From Chiloscyllium plagiosum (Eukaryota), in contig NC_057718.1 of the NCBI RefSeq assembly GCF_004010195.1, positions 62,154,981 to 62,218,980 of the forward strand: 64,000 nt of DNA, given 5' to 3'. The notes under the pieces are model-generated. The model worked only from the letters and a program-made list of their open reading frames with translations, made no database searches and had not been told where the DNA came from. Below, one piece after another: positions 61,500-64,000 of the stretch. Each line of letters begins with the position of its first letter. The first letter of the stretch is position 1. A program made the translations under genes and the position numbers.

Positions 61500-62560
61500 A
61501 ATTTATTAATAGCCTTTGTTTTCTATGATCTGTTCCATCCTTGTCAACAATGTGTCTCAAGAAGTGAATAGATTCCCTGGGAAATTCACACTTGTCATTG
61601 AAGGTAAGCACTAACTAGTCTGTAATTCCTTGATTCTTCTCTTTCACCCTTCGTAAAAAGTGGAATGAAGTGCAATTATCCAATCCAGAGAGACAACTCC
61701 TGTATCTAGGAAATCACAGAATCCCTACAATGTGGAAGCAAGCTATTCGGCCCATTGAATCCACACCAACTCTCCAAACAGTACTCCAACGAGACCCACC
61801 CCCTTATTCTTTCCCTGTAACCTAGTATTTCCCATGGCTAATCCACTTAAGCTGCACATCTTTGGACTGTGGGAGGAAACCAATGCACCCATGTGGACAC
61901 GGAGAGAATGTGCCAACTCCACACAGACAGTCTCCCGAGGATGAAATCAAACACCGTGCTAACTACTGAGCCAGCAAGCTGCCCAAACTCTGAAAGGTTA
62001 GAGTTAGGAGTCTACAACATGCTCCCCTATTTCCTTTAACAGCATTAGATGGAATCTGTCAGGTCATGGGGACTTGTCACTCTTTAATTTCATTAATTTC
62101 CCCATTACCAATGTTTTACTTACGTTAAATTAATCTAGTCCCTGATCTCGATAAATTATTAATTTCCTTGGGACTTCTGGCAAGCTATCCTCCTTTTCTA
62201 CTGCAAATACTAAGGAAAAGTAATGAGTCAATATGACTCTCATTTCCCAATAGTCTTTGAAAATATCCCCATTGTCAGTCTTCAGTGTGCCAACATTGCT
62301 CCTAACCAGCATTTCCCTTTATATAAACTATAAATTTTCTGCTTAGTGATTCTGATGTCCCAGTCAAGTTTCCTTTTGTAATCCCTTTCAGTAGCACTTA
62401 AAAACTGCTTTGTGGCCCTTTGCTGCTATTTGTATCCTGGTCATTTAGCACGCTATGAACTGTATTTTATATTTTCATAAGCCATTTTCTTTAGTTTTTT
62501 TGCTGCCCCTTCTCTCAGTTTTTCACAAGCTGGTTTCTTCTGTGAAATAGAGCTTTTCTC
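61500..62560 (-). mobile_element. Old CR1 ORF2 relic
   Basis: 'KSP.PD...LML.E' ('ctgtcaggtcatggggacttgtc') and 'YFSLVFAVE' on the minus strand. Confidence 0.7.
61716..61985 (-). mobile_element. Older HE1-type V-SINE nested in CR1
   Basis: 'tttggactgtgggaggaaacc...gagaatgtgccaactccacacagacag'. Confidence 0.8.
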
Positions 62561-62699
62561 TCTCTTAGCTTTTTAGAAATCCATGCTGGCTGTCCTTAAT
62601 CAAGCTGTTTTTATGTGAATATAAATTTTTTTATACCCTTAAGAAGCTGGATTATAGGTTAATCTGTAGTTAGATGATTGACCTTTTTTCGATTTTTAG

Positions 62700-63990
62700 A
62701 ACAGAGATGTTACATTTGCAATCTGTGCAAACATTCATATCCCAGGATGTTGAAAGATCAAACTCTTGGTTATTTACTCTCTATAGGTCGGTGTTCTACA
62801 ATATATACTACCAAGATGTAATTTTTTAAAATTTTTAGTTCCACCATTTATTTCTGAGTTAACTATAGCCAAGGAAGTAAAACTCTGTAATTGCTATACT
62901 TTGTCTTGGTTTCTGCAGGAATATGTCAATGGGAATGAAAGTTACAAAAGAACAAATACTTATTTACTATGTCCACAAATTTCTCTCATACAGAAATAAA
63001 TAGGATGTTTGTCTCTTCTACCATTTTATTTTTAATTTGTTTAGAATCCTCTTTACTATTTCCCTTTGGTATTCTTCCACTCTTTCTTCATACTTTGTCT
63101 CAGTCATTTTAATGATTTTTGCTTTGCCTCAATATTTTCAGTAGCCTGCTTAATTTTCCATTGTTTTTAGTCCTTGATTTATCAAGTCTCATGTTAAAGT
63201 TCCTTCTGCATCCAAAGAACTTTGATACAATTCTTTTACTTCTTGTCAAAATATCCTAAGCATTTTCTGACTGAATACTTCTGTTTGTTTGTTTGTTTGT
63301 TGACTACTTAATCTGACAAATTTTCCTTCAAGTTCATTTATTTCCTTGTCTTTTGCATTAACTATATGTCTCATCATCAACACACAGCAATGCCAATGTA
63401 ACGTGTGAAAAGAACAGAGAAAAAGGCTAGTAGTCTAGTCCAAGAGAGAGAATGTCAGCTCAAGCAGACCTGTTAGCCCATTGTTGAATGAGTTAAAATT
63501 AACAATTTCTCCTATTTATAACTTATTATGATAATAGCTGAGGACCAAGGGATTGTCTTTTTTTTTTGGCAGTGACATCTGTCTAAATGTGGTAGAATGG
63601 CTACTCTGTGATTACTCTCCTATTCTTTATATATGTAAATAGAATATACATATATACACATTACTGTAGAACAACAGGATCCTATTTCCTAGCCTGTTAT
63701 CAAATCTTGACTCTCCCACAAATTTTACTTCTGCACTGTCTATCTCACCCCACTTCTACCCAAAGTCTACCTCACCCCACTTCAATACTACCCTTGCGTA
63801 ACATATGTAACAGATCTGAACTGTCTTACTAAACTGATTTCCGTTTACCATGGCCTTATTTCTTAACCCTTTGCCTTCTGCCTCTTTGAGAATGCCAGCT
63901 TCTCCGGTCCTAATTGTTTTCTTTTCAACATAAACACAGAGTCACTGTGCATATCAATTCTTCACCAGGATAGTGTCCAGATGCTTATTA
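62700..63990 (-). mobile_element. Very old CR1-like relics
   Basis: Scattered motifs ('tttgcaatct', 'tcaagttcatttatt', 'aatgccagcttctcc'). Confidence 0.35.
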
Positions 63991-64000
63991 CTAGTCTCCA

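Overview
Eukaryotic, repeat-dense non-coding DNA from a cartilaginous fish, most likely a shark, based on HE1-type V-SINEs, HER1/CR1 LINEs and a Deu-domain SINE relic. No host protein-coding exon can be supported; the recognisable ORFs are retroelement debris. Contents: many CR1/L2-group LINE fragments, one young 4.7-kb Tx1/L1-clade element with an 11-bp TSD, two solo LTRs with TSDs, a Gypsy gag relic, a probable ERV env-PPT-3'LTR relic, SINEs, an 870-N gap and some repeat-free islands that look like enhancers. The most interesting signal is a dense population of Penelope-like elements (PLEs) whose termini carry minimal hammerhead-ribozyme motifs (CTGANGA-stem II-GAAA-NN-TH) in about six sequence variants. 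Twelve insertions are fold-backs of 140 bp to several kb, most with 7-15-bp TSDs. In all twelve, only one arm carries the extra 3' tail, and the tail-less arm often joins the target through microhomology. All calls were made by eye, so boundaries of old relics are approximate.
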